A DNA stretch of 64,000 nt from an uncultured Gemmatimonadaceae bacterium (GTDB lineage: Bacteria > Gemmatimonadota > Gemmatimonadetes > Gemmatimonadales > Gemmatimonadaceae), in NCBI GenBank assembly GCA_963822945.1, contig CAWGJO010000024.1, forward strand, positions 123,995 to 187,994. The letters run 5' to 3'. Each line of letters starts with the position of its first letter. Position 1 is the first letter of the stretch. Both the position numbers and the translations under genes were made by a program. The notes beneath the pieces were generated by a model that was not told where the DNA came from, searched no databases, and saw only the letters and a program-made list of their open reading frames with translations. Positions 21,609-31,299 of this stretch are shown here, piece after piece.

Positions 21609-22700
21609 TTACGGAAAGCCGGCCGCCGCGGCCGCCGTCCGGAACGCAGGCCAGGCGAGCTTGTCGGTGCCCTGACCCGTGCGCAGCCCCAGCGAGCAGA
21701 GATACGCCACGAACGGGCCGACGCTCGGGCCGCTCACGCCGTAATAGCCTGGCAGTTGATCGCAGAGCGACTGCGGAAGGTCATACAGACTGAAGAAGCT
21801 GAGCATTGGCATCTTGCCCGGCCCGATTCTGGCGAACTCGCCGATGCTCGACGACACGAAATCCGCCTGCAACTGTTCATTACCCCCCAATGTGGAGTCG
21901 GTGGGCATGCCGAACTCCTGTACCACCACCGGCTTGCCACCCGCAAACGCCACCATGGCATCGAGAGTGGCAGGGCCTTCCGATGCCGGCAGCACGTGAA
22001 AGTCCGGCGCGATGGCGTAGTAGGTGAAGACGAGAACGTCCGCCCGCGCAGTGAGCGCACGGATCTGCGCCGCCGAGGCGCCCGCGGCCGAGGCCCATTC
22101 CACGGTCACACCGACCTTCATCGCCGGCGCCTTCTGATGAACGTACGCCACCGCGTCGTTGAAGAAGTCCGTGTAGGCCGCCCAACCGTTGGTGGCGTTG
22201 AGGTAGGCGTCGACTTCGTTGCCGATGGACAGGTACGGCACACGGCCGGTCAGTACCGGGAGCACGGAGTCCAGCAGCGTGTGAAACCGCGCCTTCATCG
22301 CCGGGCTGTCGAACGGCACGCCGAGCAGGTCGGACGGCGTCTCCTTGACGGTGGTGTTGATAACCTGAATTCCGACGAACGGTGTGAACCCCGTTCCCGT
22401 CACGACGTTCAGCGTGTTCCTCAGCGACGTGAGGTCGATGGCGCCCGGAGTCGGCTCGAGTTCACTCCACCGCTGCGACTGGAAGTACCCGCGTGCGCCC
22501 GCGCCGTAGATGGTGGTGAATGCGTCCAGCACCTCCGACGCGGAGGGCGGGATGTGCACTGTCGTCGCCGATACGGCGAGCAACCCGCGCGCCGACGGGC
22601 CGGAGGGAGGCGGAGTCGCGCCGCCGCTGCCGCAGGCGACCACGCCGGCCGCCCCCAGCAGGACCGCCAGGCGGGCGGCCCGCAGCTGCCGGCGTCCCAC
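21609..22700 (-). CDS. Lipoprotein with a clan GH-A glycoside hydrolase-like domain
   Basis: Lipobox VVAC; SIGNEVD (acid/base-like) and KPVVVQEFG (nucleophile-like) motifs. Start placed at GTG 22700. Confidence 0.7.
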   Translation of the reverse strand: MGRRQLRAARLAVLLGAAGVVACGSGGATPPPSGPSARGLLAVSATTVHIPPSASEVLDAFTTIYGAGARGYFQSQRWSELEPTPGAIDLTSLRNTLNVVTGTGFTPFVGIQVINTTVKETPSDLLGVPFDSPAMKARFHTLLDSVLPVLTGRVPYLSIGNEVDAYLNATNGWAAYTDFFNDAVAYVHQKAPAMKVGVTVEWASAAGASAAQIRALTARADVLVFTYYAIAPDFHVLPASEGPATLDAMVAFAGGKPVVVQEFGMPTDSTLGGNEQLQADFVSSSIGEFARIGPGKMPMLSFFSLYDLPQSLCDQLPGYYGVSGPSVGPFVAYLCSLGLRTGQGTDKLAWPAFRTAAAAAGFP

Positions 22701-22707
22701 CGCGCCG

Positions 22708-24403
22708 CTAGAAGAACACCGGCTCGCGGTACGCTCCAAAGACATCCTCCATCGCCGCGCGGATCTCGTACAGCGTGCAGTAGCTCCGCGCACACTCGAG
22801 GATCAGGGGCATCAGGTTCTGCGTACCGCGGGCCGCCTCGCGCAGGGCGTCGAGCGCCGTCTTGCACCGCGCGTCATCGCGTTCGGCGCGCAGCTTGTTC
22901 ATCCGCTCCCGCTGCCGGCGCTCCGCCGCCTGCCCCACCTTGAGCACCGGAATGGTGAGTTCATCCTCGTCGGTGACGAACTCGTTCACGCCCACCACCA
23001 CCCGCCGGTGCTGCTCGATCTCCCACTGCTGGCGGGCCGCCGCCTCGGCGATCTTGCGCTGGAACCAGCCGGTCTCGAGACCCGCCACCACGCCGCCCAC
23101 GCGCTCGATCTCGGCGAACATCTCCTCGGCCTCGCGCTCCATCCGGTCGGTGAGGGCCTCCACGTAGTACGACCCGCCCAGCGGATCGATCACGTTGGGC
23201 ACGCCGCTCTCGTAGGCCAGAATCTGCTGCGTGCGCAGCGCCACCTGCACCGCTTCTTCCGTGGGCAGCGCCAGCGTCTCGTCCATCGAATTGGTATGCA
23301 GCGACTGCGTGCCGCCGAGCACGGCAGCCAGTGCCTGGTAGGCCACGCGCACGACGTTGTTCATCGGTTGCTGCGCCGTGAGCGTCACGCCGGCGGTCTG
23401 CGAGTGGAAGCGCATGATCCACGAGCGCGGATCCTTGGCGCCGTACCGTTCCTTCATGTGGCGCGCCCAGATACGCCGCGCCGCGCGGAGCTTGGCGATC
23501 TCCTCGAAGAAATCGTTGTGGATGTCCCAGAAGAAGCTCAGCCGGCTGGCGAAGGAGTCGACGTCCAAGCCGCGGGCGACGCCACGCTCCACGTATGTGA
23601 ATCCATCGGCCAGGGTGAACGCCAGCTCCTGCGCCGCTGTCGAGCCCGCCTCGCGGATGTGGTAGCCCGAGATCGAGATCGTATTCCAGAGCGGCGCGTG
23701 TTTGGCGCCCCACTCGAAGCAGTCGACGATCAGGCGCAGCGCCGGCTCGATGGGAAAACACCAGGCGTGCTGCGCCATGTACTCCTTGAGGATGTCGTTC
23801 TGGATCGTGCCCCGCAGCTTGTCGGCCGACACGCCCTGCTTCTCCGCCGCGGCGATGTAGAACGCCCAGAGAATGATCGCCGGGCCATTGATCGTCATCG
23901 ACGTCGACACCTGATCGAGCGGGATGCCGTCGAACAGCACCTCCATGTCGGCCAGACTCGAAATGGCGACGCCCGTCTTCCCCACCTCGCCCAGCGACCG
24001 GGGGTGGTCGGAGTCGTAGCCCATGAGGGTCGGGAAATCGAACGCGGTGGAGAGCCCGGTCTGCCCGTGCTCCAGCAGGAACTTGAACCGCTGGTTGGTG
24101 TCCTCGGCGCTGCCGAATCCCGCGAACTGGCGCATGGTCCACAGCTTGCCGCGATAGCCGGTGGGGTGGATGCCGCGGGTGTACGGGAAAGCCCCCGGCA
24201 CACCGAGGTCGCTCTCGCGGTTGCCCTGTACGTCGAGCGCCGTGAACAGGGGCTCGATCTCGCCTTCCGAATTCACGAACGCCAGGTCGCGCTTCTCGCC
24301 CTTGGCGAACCGGGCCCGCCAGGCCTCGACTTCGGCACGCAGCCGCTCCAGTTCGGCGCGCTGCTCGGCAACGGTTTCCGGAGAGATCCCGCGTGGACGT
24401 CAT
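22708..24403 (-). CDS. B12-dependent acyl-CoA mutase large subunit, isobutyryl-CoA mutase-type (frameshift in first ~6 codons)
   Basis: [54 protein letters not shown] at 24403 overlaps the meaB stop but is out of frame by one base. Confidence 0.9.
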
Positions 24404-25482
24404 GGCTTCACCTGCGTCAGAAGGGTTCCACTTCTCGCGAGCAGCGCGTCGGCGACGGCGAACGGGTTGGTCTCGCCCGCTTCCAGCGCCGGCAGCCGTT
24501 CGTCGAGCCAGGCATTGGTTCCGGCGTCCTTCCACAGCCGGTCGCGCACCCGGGACTCCACCACGTGCATCACCCGGTCGCGCAACCGCCGGCGGCGCCG
24601 AAGCCGCAGCTCGCCACTGCGGTCAAGATAATGATACAGGCGGTCCAACGCGTCCACGACCTCGGCGACGCCCTCCGCGTTGACGGCCACCGTGCGCAGC
24701 ACGGGGGGCGTCCAGCGGTCCGCGTCCGCTTCCCGGGCCGCTTCGCGCGCCAGACGCGCCGGATTCTTGCGCGAGAGATCCACTCCGTGGTGGGCGGGCG
24801 TGTTCTTCATGGTGGCGCCGGAGCGCAAGCCGAGCATCAGTTCCAACTCGTTGCGCAGCCGGTCGGCGCCAGGACGGTCGGCCTTGTTGACCACGAACAC
24901 GTCGGCGATCTCCATGAGCCCTGCCTTCAGGGTCTGGATGGAATCGCCCGACTCCGGCACCAGCACCACCACACTGACGTCCGCAATGCGCGAGATGTCC
25001 AACTCACTCTGCCCCACGCCCACCGTCTCGATGATGATGCGGTCGATGCCGAAGGCGTCGAGCACGTCGGCCACTTCGCTGGTGGTCGCGGCCAGTCCGC
25101 CAAGGGAGCCGCGGGTGGCCATGGAGCGGATGAACACGCCCTCGTCGAGCGCCACGGACTCCATCCGGATGCGATCGCCCAACAGGGCGCCGCCGGTGAA
25201 CGGCGACGTCGGATCGACCGCCACGACTCCCACCGAGAGCCCGGCGTCGCGATAGGCCTTCACGAGCACGGCGGTGAGCGTGCTCTTGCCGGCGCCCGGC
25301 GGACCGGTGAGGCCGATGCGGCGGGCCCCGCCGAGCTTGGGTTGCCAGTGAGCCAGCAGGGTGTCGAACCCCGCCCGGTGGTTCTCGACGATGCTCACGG
25401 CGCGGGCCAGTGCCGCGCGCCGGCCTTCGGCGAACTGCTGCAGCAGTTGCTCGTGCGCGGGGGAATGTGTGGGTGCGGTCAT
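24400..25482 (-). CDS. meaB: Mutase-associated GTPase chaperone MeaB
   Basis: GPPGAGKST, AVDPTSPFTGGALLGDRIRM, ETVGVGQSE, NKAD. Confidence 0.96.
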   Translation of the reverse strand: MTAPTHSPAHEQLLQQFAEGRRAALARAVSIVENHRAGFDTLLAHWQPKLGGARRIGLTGPPGAGKSTLTAVLVKAYRDAGLSVGVVAVDPTSPFTGGALLGDRIRMESVALDEGVFIRSMATRGSLGGLAATTSEVADVLDAFGIDRIIIETVGVGQSELDISRIADVSVVVLVPESGDSIQTLKAGLMEIADVFVVNKADRPGADRLRNELELMLGLRSGATMKNTPAHHGVDLSRKNPARLAREAAREADADRWTPPVLRTVAVNAEGVAEVVDALDRLYHYLDRSGELRLRRRRRLRDRVMHVVESRVRDRLWKDAGTNAWLDERLPALEAGETNPFAVADALLARSGTLLTQVKP

Positions 25483-26444
25483 GCGGATGTCGGGGCCGGT
25501 TCGTCGTGCTCGTCGCGAATGTCGCCGACGAGTTCTTCCAGCAGGTCTTCGAGCGTCACGATGCCGATGGTGCGGGCGTTCGTGTCATGGACGATGGCCA
25601 GGTGCTGGTGGTCTCGCAGCATCTGGAACAGGAGTTCGCTGCACCGTGTGTCCGCCGAGGTCTGGGTCACCGGGCGCGGAGACGTGAGCGCCGTGTCGGC
25701 GCCTCGCAGCAGATCGAAGGCATGGATCATCCCGGTCACCCGGTCCAGCGACCCGTGATACACGGGCACGCGGCTGTACGCCGAGTGGGCCACCAGCTCG
25801 GCGGCCGCGTGGGGGTCCGTGGTATCGGCAACCGCGAACACTTGCTCGCGCGGCGTCATGACGTCCTCCACCACCTTGTCGCCGAACTCCGCCACGCCGC
25901 TGATGATCACCGCGTCGTCGCGCGCGCTCACGCCTTCGAGTTCGCCTTCCCGCAGCAGCCGCTCCACGGCGCGCCGTTCGGCCGTCGGGCCGGCCGGCAC
26001 CCCGGCGGGAACGCCGCGCAGCCGCCGCGCGGCCGAGAGGACCGGGGCGGCGGCAGCCACGGAACCGCGCAGCAACGGCAGCGTGAGCGACGCCAGCCCC
26101 TCGGTGGAGTGGCGGGCCAGCGCGCGGGCGAATGACTGGGCCACCATCACCAGAACGACCGCGCAGATCACCAGGTCCCAGGCAACGGCAGCAACCGAGG
26201 CCGACGGCCGGGCCGCCAGCGCGCCGCCGGCCAGGGCGATGACGAAGCCCACCATCACCGACCCGGACGCGATGAGCCGCTGCGGGCCAGTGACCGAGTC
26301 GAGGGGAACCGTTGCCCCGCGCAGGCCGCGTTCCGCCCAGTGCCGGAGCCAGATGCGGCTGGCGAGGCGCACCACGGTGATGCCCGCCACCAGCCATGCG
26401 ATGACCACGGCAGCCACGACGATGATCAGGCCGGGCGCGCTCAT
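25479..26444 (-). CDS. CNNM/hemolysin-family CBS-pair membrane protein (no CorC_HlyC tail)
   Basis: TM N-terminus, VMTPR, YSRVPVY, GIVTLEDLLEELVGDIRDEHD. Confidence 0.85.
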   Translation of the reverse strand: MSAPGLIIVVAAVVIAWLVAGITVVRLASRIWLRHWAERGLRGATVPLDSVTGPQRLIASGSVMVGFVIALAGGALAARPSASVAAVAWDLVICAVVLVMVAQSFARALARHSTEGLASLTLPLLRGSVAAAAPVLSAARRLRGVPAGVPAGPTAERRAVERLLREGELEGVSARDDAVIISGVAEFGDKVVEDVMTPREQVFAVADTTDPHAAAELVAHSAYSRVPVYHGSLDRVTGMIHAFDLLRGADTALTSPRPVTQTSADTRCSELLFQMLRDHQHLAIVHDTNARTIGIVTLEDLLEELVGDIRDEHDEPAPTSA

Positions 26445-27661
26445 GCGTCGCCCTCGCCGGCGGCCGTTCGCGCCGGCTGCCGCTCGAAATACACGCGTTC
26501 CACGCGCCGGCGATGCACCCGCTCCACCACAACCCGGAAATCGCCGATCGTCGTCGTATCGCCGGGACGCGGCACGCGGCCGAATTCGTCGTACGCCAGC
26601 CCGCCCACCGTGGACACGTCGTCGCGCTCCAACGAGATGCCCAGCAGGTCCGAGAGATCGGTCAGCGGCACCTTGCCCAGCACCCAGAAGCGGTCGTTAC
26701 CCTCGCGCTCGATGTCGGGCTCCTCCACATCGCGCTCGTCGCGAATCTCACCGACGATCTCCTCGAGCACGTCCTCGATCGTCACCAGTCCGGCGGTACC
26801 GCCGAATTCATCGACCACGATGGCCATGTGCGTGCCGCTCTTCCGGAACTCCCGGAGTTGGCGGTCGATGGTCTTGGACGCCGGAATGAAGGTGGCCGGC
26901 CGAATGATGGTCGCCCATCCCCCGGGCGGTTCCTCGGCCCGCAGCGCCCAAGCCAGCAGATCCTTGGCGTACAGGACGCCGAGCACCTCGTCGAGCGTGT
27001 CACGGAACACCGGCAGCCTGGCGTGCTCCGAGCTGCGTACGCGGTCGAGCACCTCCGACCACGGCATGTCGACGTCCACGCCCACGATATCCACTCGCGG
27101 CACCATGATCTCGTCGACGCTCGTCTCGGCCAGCGCGAATGCCCGATGGAGCAGCGTCGCGTCACTGGTGGTTCCCTCGTCGGACGCGGCGAGCACAGCC
27201 CGCAGCTGCTCCGCGGTGGCCTGCCGTTCCGCCTCGATGTCGGACCGCGGCGGGATGACCCGGTTGAGCGCCGACTCGAGGGCCACACCGAACAGCACGA
27301 TCGGTCGCAACAGCAGTGAGACGACGGCCGTGAACCATCGGGTGCGCGCCGCCGCCGCCGGGCCGCGGATGGCCGCGACTTCCCGGACCGCCGCGTCGAG
27401 CACGAGCACGGCCGCGATTACCGCCAGCCAGAGCACGCCCCGGACGAGCGCCGGCGCCGGAACGGCTTGCAGCAGGCCGCGCGCCGCGCCGGCGCCCAGT
27501 GCCAGATAGGCCAGCACCCGGGTGAAGGCCAGTGCCCGATGCGATTCCACGGCGCCGCTCACGTGCCGGCAGTCGGGGGAAACCAGCGCGCCACCGGCAG
27601 CGGCGGTCAGGACGGCGAGCCCGGCGCCCGCCGCAGCGAACAACCAGCCGATGCCGGTCAC
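26441..27661 (-). CDS. CNNM/hemolysin-family protein with CBS pair and CorC_HlyC domain
   Basis: IMVPR, HARLPV, HMAIVVDEFGGTAGLVTIEDVLEEIVGEI, STVGGL. Confidence 0.9.
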   Translation of the reverse strand: MTGIGWLFAAAGAGLAVLTAAAGGALVSPDCRHVSGAVESHRALAFTRVLAYLALGAGAARGLLQAVPAPALVRGVLWLAVIAAVLVLDAAVREVAAIRGPAAAARTRWFTAVVSLLLRPIVLFGVALESALNRVIPPRSDIEAERQATAEQLRAVLAASDEGTTSDATLLHRAFALAETSVDEIMVPRVDIVGVDVDMPWSEVLDRVRSSEHARLPVFRDTLDEVLGVLYAKDLLAWALRAEEPPGGWATIIRPATFIPASKTIDRQLREFRKSGTHMAIVVDEFGGTAGLVTIEDVLEEIVGEIRDERDVEEPDIEREGNDRFWVLGKVPLTDLSDLLGISLERDDVSTVGGLAYDEFGRVPRPGDTTTIGDFRVVVERVHRRRVERVYFERQPARTAAGEGDA

Positions 27662-28107
27662 GCGCGCGCGCTCCGGAGCACTCGCGCCACCAGCCGCTCC
27701 TGTCGTTTCCACATGTCCGACGTCAGCCGCGACTCGTCGTCGGGGTGGTCGTACCCCAGCACGTGCAGCGTCCCGTGCACCACCAGGCGTACCAGTTCCT
27801 CGCGCAGGGGGATCTTCCGCTCGCGGGCCGCCCGCCGTGCGACCTCCATGGCGATGTAGATGTCGCCGGTAACGGGTGCGCCGGAGGTGGCGGGCAGGAA
27901 GCCGAACGAGATGACGTCGGTGGGACCGCGATGCCCCAGATGCTTCCGGTTCAGCGCGGCGATCGTGCGGTCGTCGACGAAGGTCACCGACAGCACGGCG
28001 TGCGCCACATGCTCGGCGCGCAGCGCGGCGCGCGCCGCCGCCACGGCCAGCGCCCGCGGCATGCCGAGTCGGCCGCTCTCCACGGATACGTCCACGGTGA
28101 CGCTCAT
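27658..28107 (-). CDS. ybeY: rRNA maturation endoribonuclease YbeY
   Basis: PTDVISF, GDIYI, HGTLHVLGYDH. Confidence 0.96.
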   Translation of the reverse strand: MSVTVDVSVESGRLGMPRALAVAAARAALRAEHVAHAVLSVTFVDDRTIAALNRKHLGHRGPTDVISFGFLPATSGAPVTGDIYIAMEVARRAARERKIPLREELVRLVVHGTLHVLGYDHPDDESRLTSDMWKRQERLVARVLRSARA

Positions 28108-30308
28108 CGCGCCGCGAACCCGGAGGAGACGCCGCCACCCGATGCCGGATAGTCGATGCGGGCGTGGTGCATCCCGGACAGGACGCGTGTGAACTCGGCC
28201 TTGACCAGTTCCAGCTGGCGAAGGGTCAACGGCGCATCGCGCAACTGCCCCTGCTCGAGTCGCTGCTTCACGATGTGTTCCACCACGTCGCGGATGCGGG
28301 CCGGAGTCGGATCGTTGAGCACGCGCACGGCGGCCTCGGTGCCGTCCGCCAACATGAGGATGGCCGTCTCGGCGCTCTGCGGCACCGGGCCCGGATACTG
28401 ATAGTCGGCCGGCTGGAGGTCGGCCGCATCGTGGGCGCTCTGCCGGGCGCGCTCCAGGAAGTAGGAGATGGTTCCGGTGCCGTGGTGCTCCGCGATGAAC
28501 GCGCGCAGCACCCGCGGCACGCCGTTCTCCTCGGCCAACTGGAGGCCTTCCCGCACGTGATTGCGGATGATCTGCGCGCTCTGGAGCGGCTGGAGTTGGT
28601 CGTGTGGATTCCGTCCCTTGGCCTGGTTCTCCACGAAGTACTGCGGGTTGCCCAGCTTTCCGATGTCGTGGTAGTACGCGCCCACGCGGGCGAGAAGCGC
28701 GTTGGCGCCGACGGCGCGGCACCCCGCCTCGGCGAGGTTGGCGATCTGCATGGAGTGGGCAAAGGTGCCCGAGGCCTCGAGGCTCAACCGCTGCATGAGC
28801 GGACGGTTGAGGTCGGACCACTCGAGCAGCGTGAGGTCGGTCTCGGTGCCGGTATACCGCTCCGCAACGGGAAGCACCAGCAGCGCCACGAGCACGCTGA
28901 TCACGGCGTTGAGCGCGCCGTACGCCGACGATCCGGCAATGGTGGTCGTCGGCAGATCGAGGGTGAGCCCCACCGCCACCACCCCCGCGCAGTACGCCGC
29001 GGCGATGACGACGATCCAGTAGTAGGCCTGCTGGCGGGTGCGCACGGCGCGTACGCTGAACGCCGCCGCCGCGCCGCCGATGATGTTCACGTACAGCGCA
29101 TTGGTTCCGCGGAACGCCGCCTGTCCGCCGAGCAATCCGGCCAGCAGCACGGCCACGATCATTGCGATGCGTTGATCGAACAGCGCGCTGATCACGATCG
29201 CGGCGATGCCCACCGGTATCAATTCCGGCCGCAGCGGCCGGAGATGGGATACCAGCGCCCCGCCCACGATGACCAGCGCCGTCACCCCGGCGATCACGAT
29301 GAGCGACCGCATGGACTCGTACACGTGCGGGCGGAAGATCAACACGGTGAGCCCGAGCAGCGTGATCAGCAGCGCGTCGAACAGCAGCGCGCCTGCCGCG
29401 CGCCTGATCTCCGGCACCGCGCCGCGCCGCTGGTCCATGGCGTCGTGCAGCGCCACCAGCTTCTCGTGCTGCTCGGCGCCCACCACCTCGTTCGCCCCGA
29501 CGATCTTCTCGCCGGCCCGCACGTCGAACTTGCTCACCGGCACCGACCGCCGGAGCTGTCCCCGCCGCATGTCCGTGATGGCCGTGTCGGCGACGATCGT
29601 CGGGTGGAAGAAGCCGCGCAGCAGGCGCTCGTAGATGCCGCGCGCCACCGGGCCAGCATCGGGCTGGAGGGCCCGGGCCTGGACGGCGAACTCGGCGAAC
29701 GTGCGCACACTGTCGGACGGCTGCGGGTGCTCGGCCTGTCCGCGTCGCAGCACCACCTCCCCGCTCACGCCGTTCAATGCCCCTTCGGCCGCCACGCCGG
29801 ACGACAGCCAACGACCGTACGCCTGTGCCACGGCGTTGACCATGCGCCCACGACGGCCGGCGTCGGCCAGGTAGGACACCTCGCGCCCGGTGAGGGCTAC
29901 GTGGAACGTCGCCGCCGCCCGCTGCACCGGTACGGAGTCTCCGTGGGCGCCCGCGTACGCAGCGTTCAGCGCCGCGGCGAATGCCCGCAGCTGTCCCTGC
30001 GCCGTGTCGAGCGCCGATGGGACGAGCGTGTAGACCGGCTCAACCGTCCGGGCCAGCGCCTCCCGCTCCCGACTCAACTCGGCCTCGTCCTTCATCACGC
30101 GGAAGGCGAACGGCGCGATCACGTTCTCGCTCGCCACCGACCCGACCTCGTAAATCGGGAAGTTCGCCGCGGGCACGGCCGGGAAGAGCGCGTACGTCAG
30201 CAGGGTGAGGACGACCCCGAGGGCGATCCGCGGCCCATGGGCCGTCCGGTGCCTGCCCGCCGCGGAGGGCTCGCCGTTGGAGCGCGATGGTCGATCGGGG
30301 GCCGTCAC
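28104..30308 (-). CDS. 7TM-HD (HDIG) phosphohydrolase, PgpH-like
   Basis: Extracytoplasmic domain, multiple TM helices, GTFAHS, YYHDIGK, EHHGT, LMLAD; lies in the usual phoH-ybeY neighbourhood. Confidence 0.9.
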   Translation of the reverse strand: MTAPDRPSRSNGEPSAAGRHRTAHGPRIALGVVLTLLTYALFPAVPAANFPIYEVGSVASENVIAPFAFRVMKDEAELSREREALARTVEPVYTLVPSALDTAQGQLRAFAAALNAAYAGAHGDSVPVQRAAATFHVALTGREVSYLADAGRRGRMVNAVAQAYGRWLSSGVAAEGALNGVSGEVVLRRGQAEHPQPSDSVRTFAEFAVQARALQPDAGPVARGIYERLLRGFFHPTIVADTAITDMRRGQLRRSVPVSKFDVRAGEKIVGANEVVGAEQHEKLVALHDAMDQRRGAVPEIRRAAGALLFDALLITLLGLTVLIFRPHVYESMRSLIVIAGVTALVIVGGALVSHLRPLRPELIPVGIAAIVISALFDQRIAMIVAVLLAGLLGGQAAFRGTNALYVNIIGGAAAAFSVRAVRTRQQAYYWIVVIAAAYCAGVVAVGLTLDLPTTTIAGSSAYGALNAVISVLVALLVLPVAERYTGTETDLTLLEWSDLNRPLMQRLSLEASGTFAHSMQIANLAEAGCRAVGANALLARVGAYYHDIGKLGNPQYFVENQAKGRNPHDQLQPLQSAQIIRNHVREGLQLAEENGVPRVLRAFIAEHHGTGTISYFLERARQSAHDAADLQPADYQYPGPVPQSAETAILMLADGTEAAVRVLNDPTPARIRDVVEHIVKQRLEQGQLRDAPLTLRQLELVKAEFTRVLSGMHHARIDYPASGGGVSSGFAAR

Positions 30309-30315
30309 CGCGCCC

Positions 30316-31299
30316 TCAACTCTCCAGGTCCTCGGCGTACGCACGAATGATCTGGCGCACCAACCGATGTCGCACGACGTCGCTCTCGTCGAAGTACTGG
30401 AACGCGATCCCGTCGATGCCCGTGAGGATCCGCTCCACTTGCAGCAGGCCGGATTCCTCGCGCTTGGGCAGGTCCACCTGGGTCTTGTCGCCGGTGATCA
30501 CGACCTTGGAATTCACCCCCAGCCGCGTGAGGAACATCTTCATCTGCATGGACGTCGCGTTCTGCGCCTCGTCGAGAATGACGAACGCGTCGGCCAGGGT
30601 TCGCCCGCGCATGAACGCCAGCGGCGCGATCTCGATGACGCGGGTCTCCAGCGCCTTCTGCACGCGCTCGAAGGGCATCATCTCGTCGAGCGCGTCGTAC
30701 AGCGGCCGCAGATACGGATCGACCTTGGCCTGCATGTCGCCGGGCAGGAACCCCAGCGACTCACCGGCCTCGACGGCCGGCCGCGCCAGCACGATCCGGC
30801 GCACGCGCTTCCGCACGAGCGCATCCACCGCCGCGGCCACGGCCAGGTAGGTCTTGCCGGTGCCAGCCGGCCCGATGCCGACCACGATGTCCTGGTCGGC
30901 GATCTTCTTGAGGTACTCAGTCTGCCCCGGCGTCTTGGCCTGCACCACCGTGCGCACACCCGGCAGGGCGATGCGCGACGTGGCCGGTACCGCGCCGTTC
31001 TCCGGCGGCGCCTCCCCGTTCCGCGCCTCCTCGATGCCCAGTTCGGAGAGCCGGAGCACGTCGTCGGCCGACAGGGCCAACCGCTGCCGCGCCACGTCCA
31101 CCATGCGCTGGCCCACCGGCACCGCGCGCGACACCAATTCTTCAGGGCCGGTGATGGACAGCGCGTCTCCACGCAATGCCACCCGCACCCCGAACAGCCG
31201 CGCCAGCTCGACGAGATTCACATCGTTCACGCCGGCCAGCGTGAGCAGATCGGCGCCCTCGGTCGAGATCCGTCGCGTTGTGCTGCCGGCGTCGCTCAC
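30316..31299 (-). CDS. phoH: PhoH family ATPase
   Basis: GPAGTGKT, RPAVEAGESLGFLPGD, FMRGRT, DEAQN. Confidence 0.96.
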   Translation of the reverse strand: MSDAGSTTRRISTEGADLLTLAGVNDVNLVELARLFGVRVALRGDALSITGPEELVSRAVPVGQRMVDVARQRLALSADDVLRLSELGIEEARNGEAPPENGAVPATSRIALPGVRTVVQAKTPGQTEYLKKIADQDIVVGIGPAGTGKTYLAVAAAVDALVRKRVRRIVLARPAVEAGESLGFLPGDMQAKVDPYLRPLYDALDEMMPFERVQKALETRVIEIAPLAFMRGRTLADAFVILDEAQNATSMQMKMFLTRLGVNSKVVITGDKTQVDLPKREESGLLQVERILTGIDGIAFQYFDESDVVRHRLVRQIIRAYAEDLES

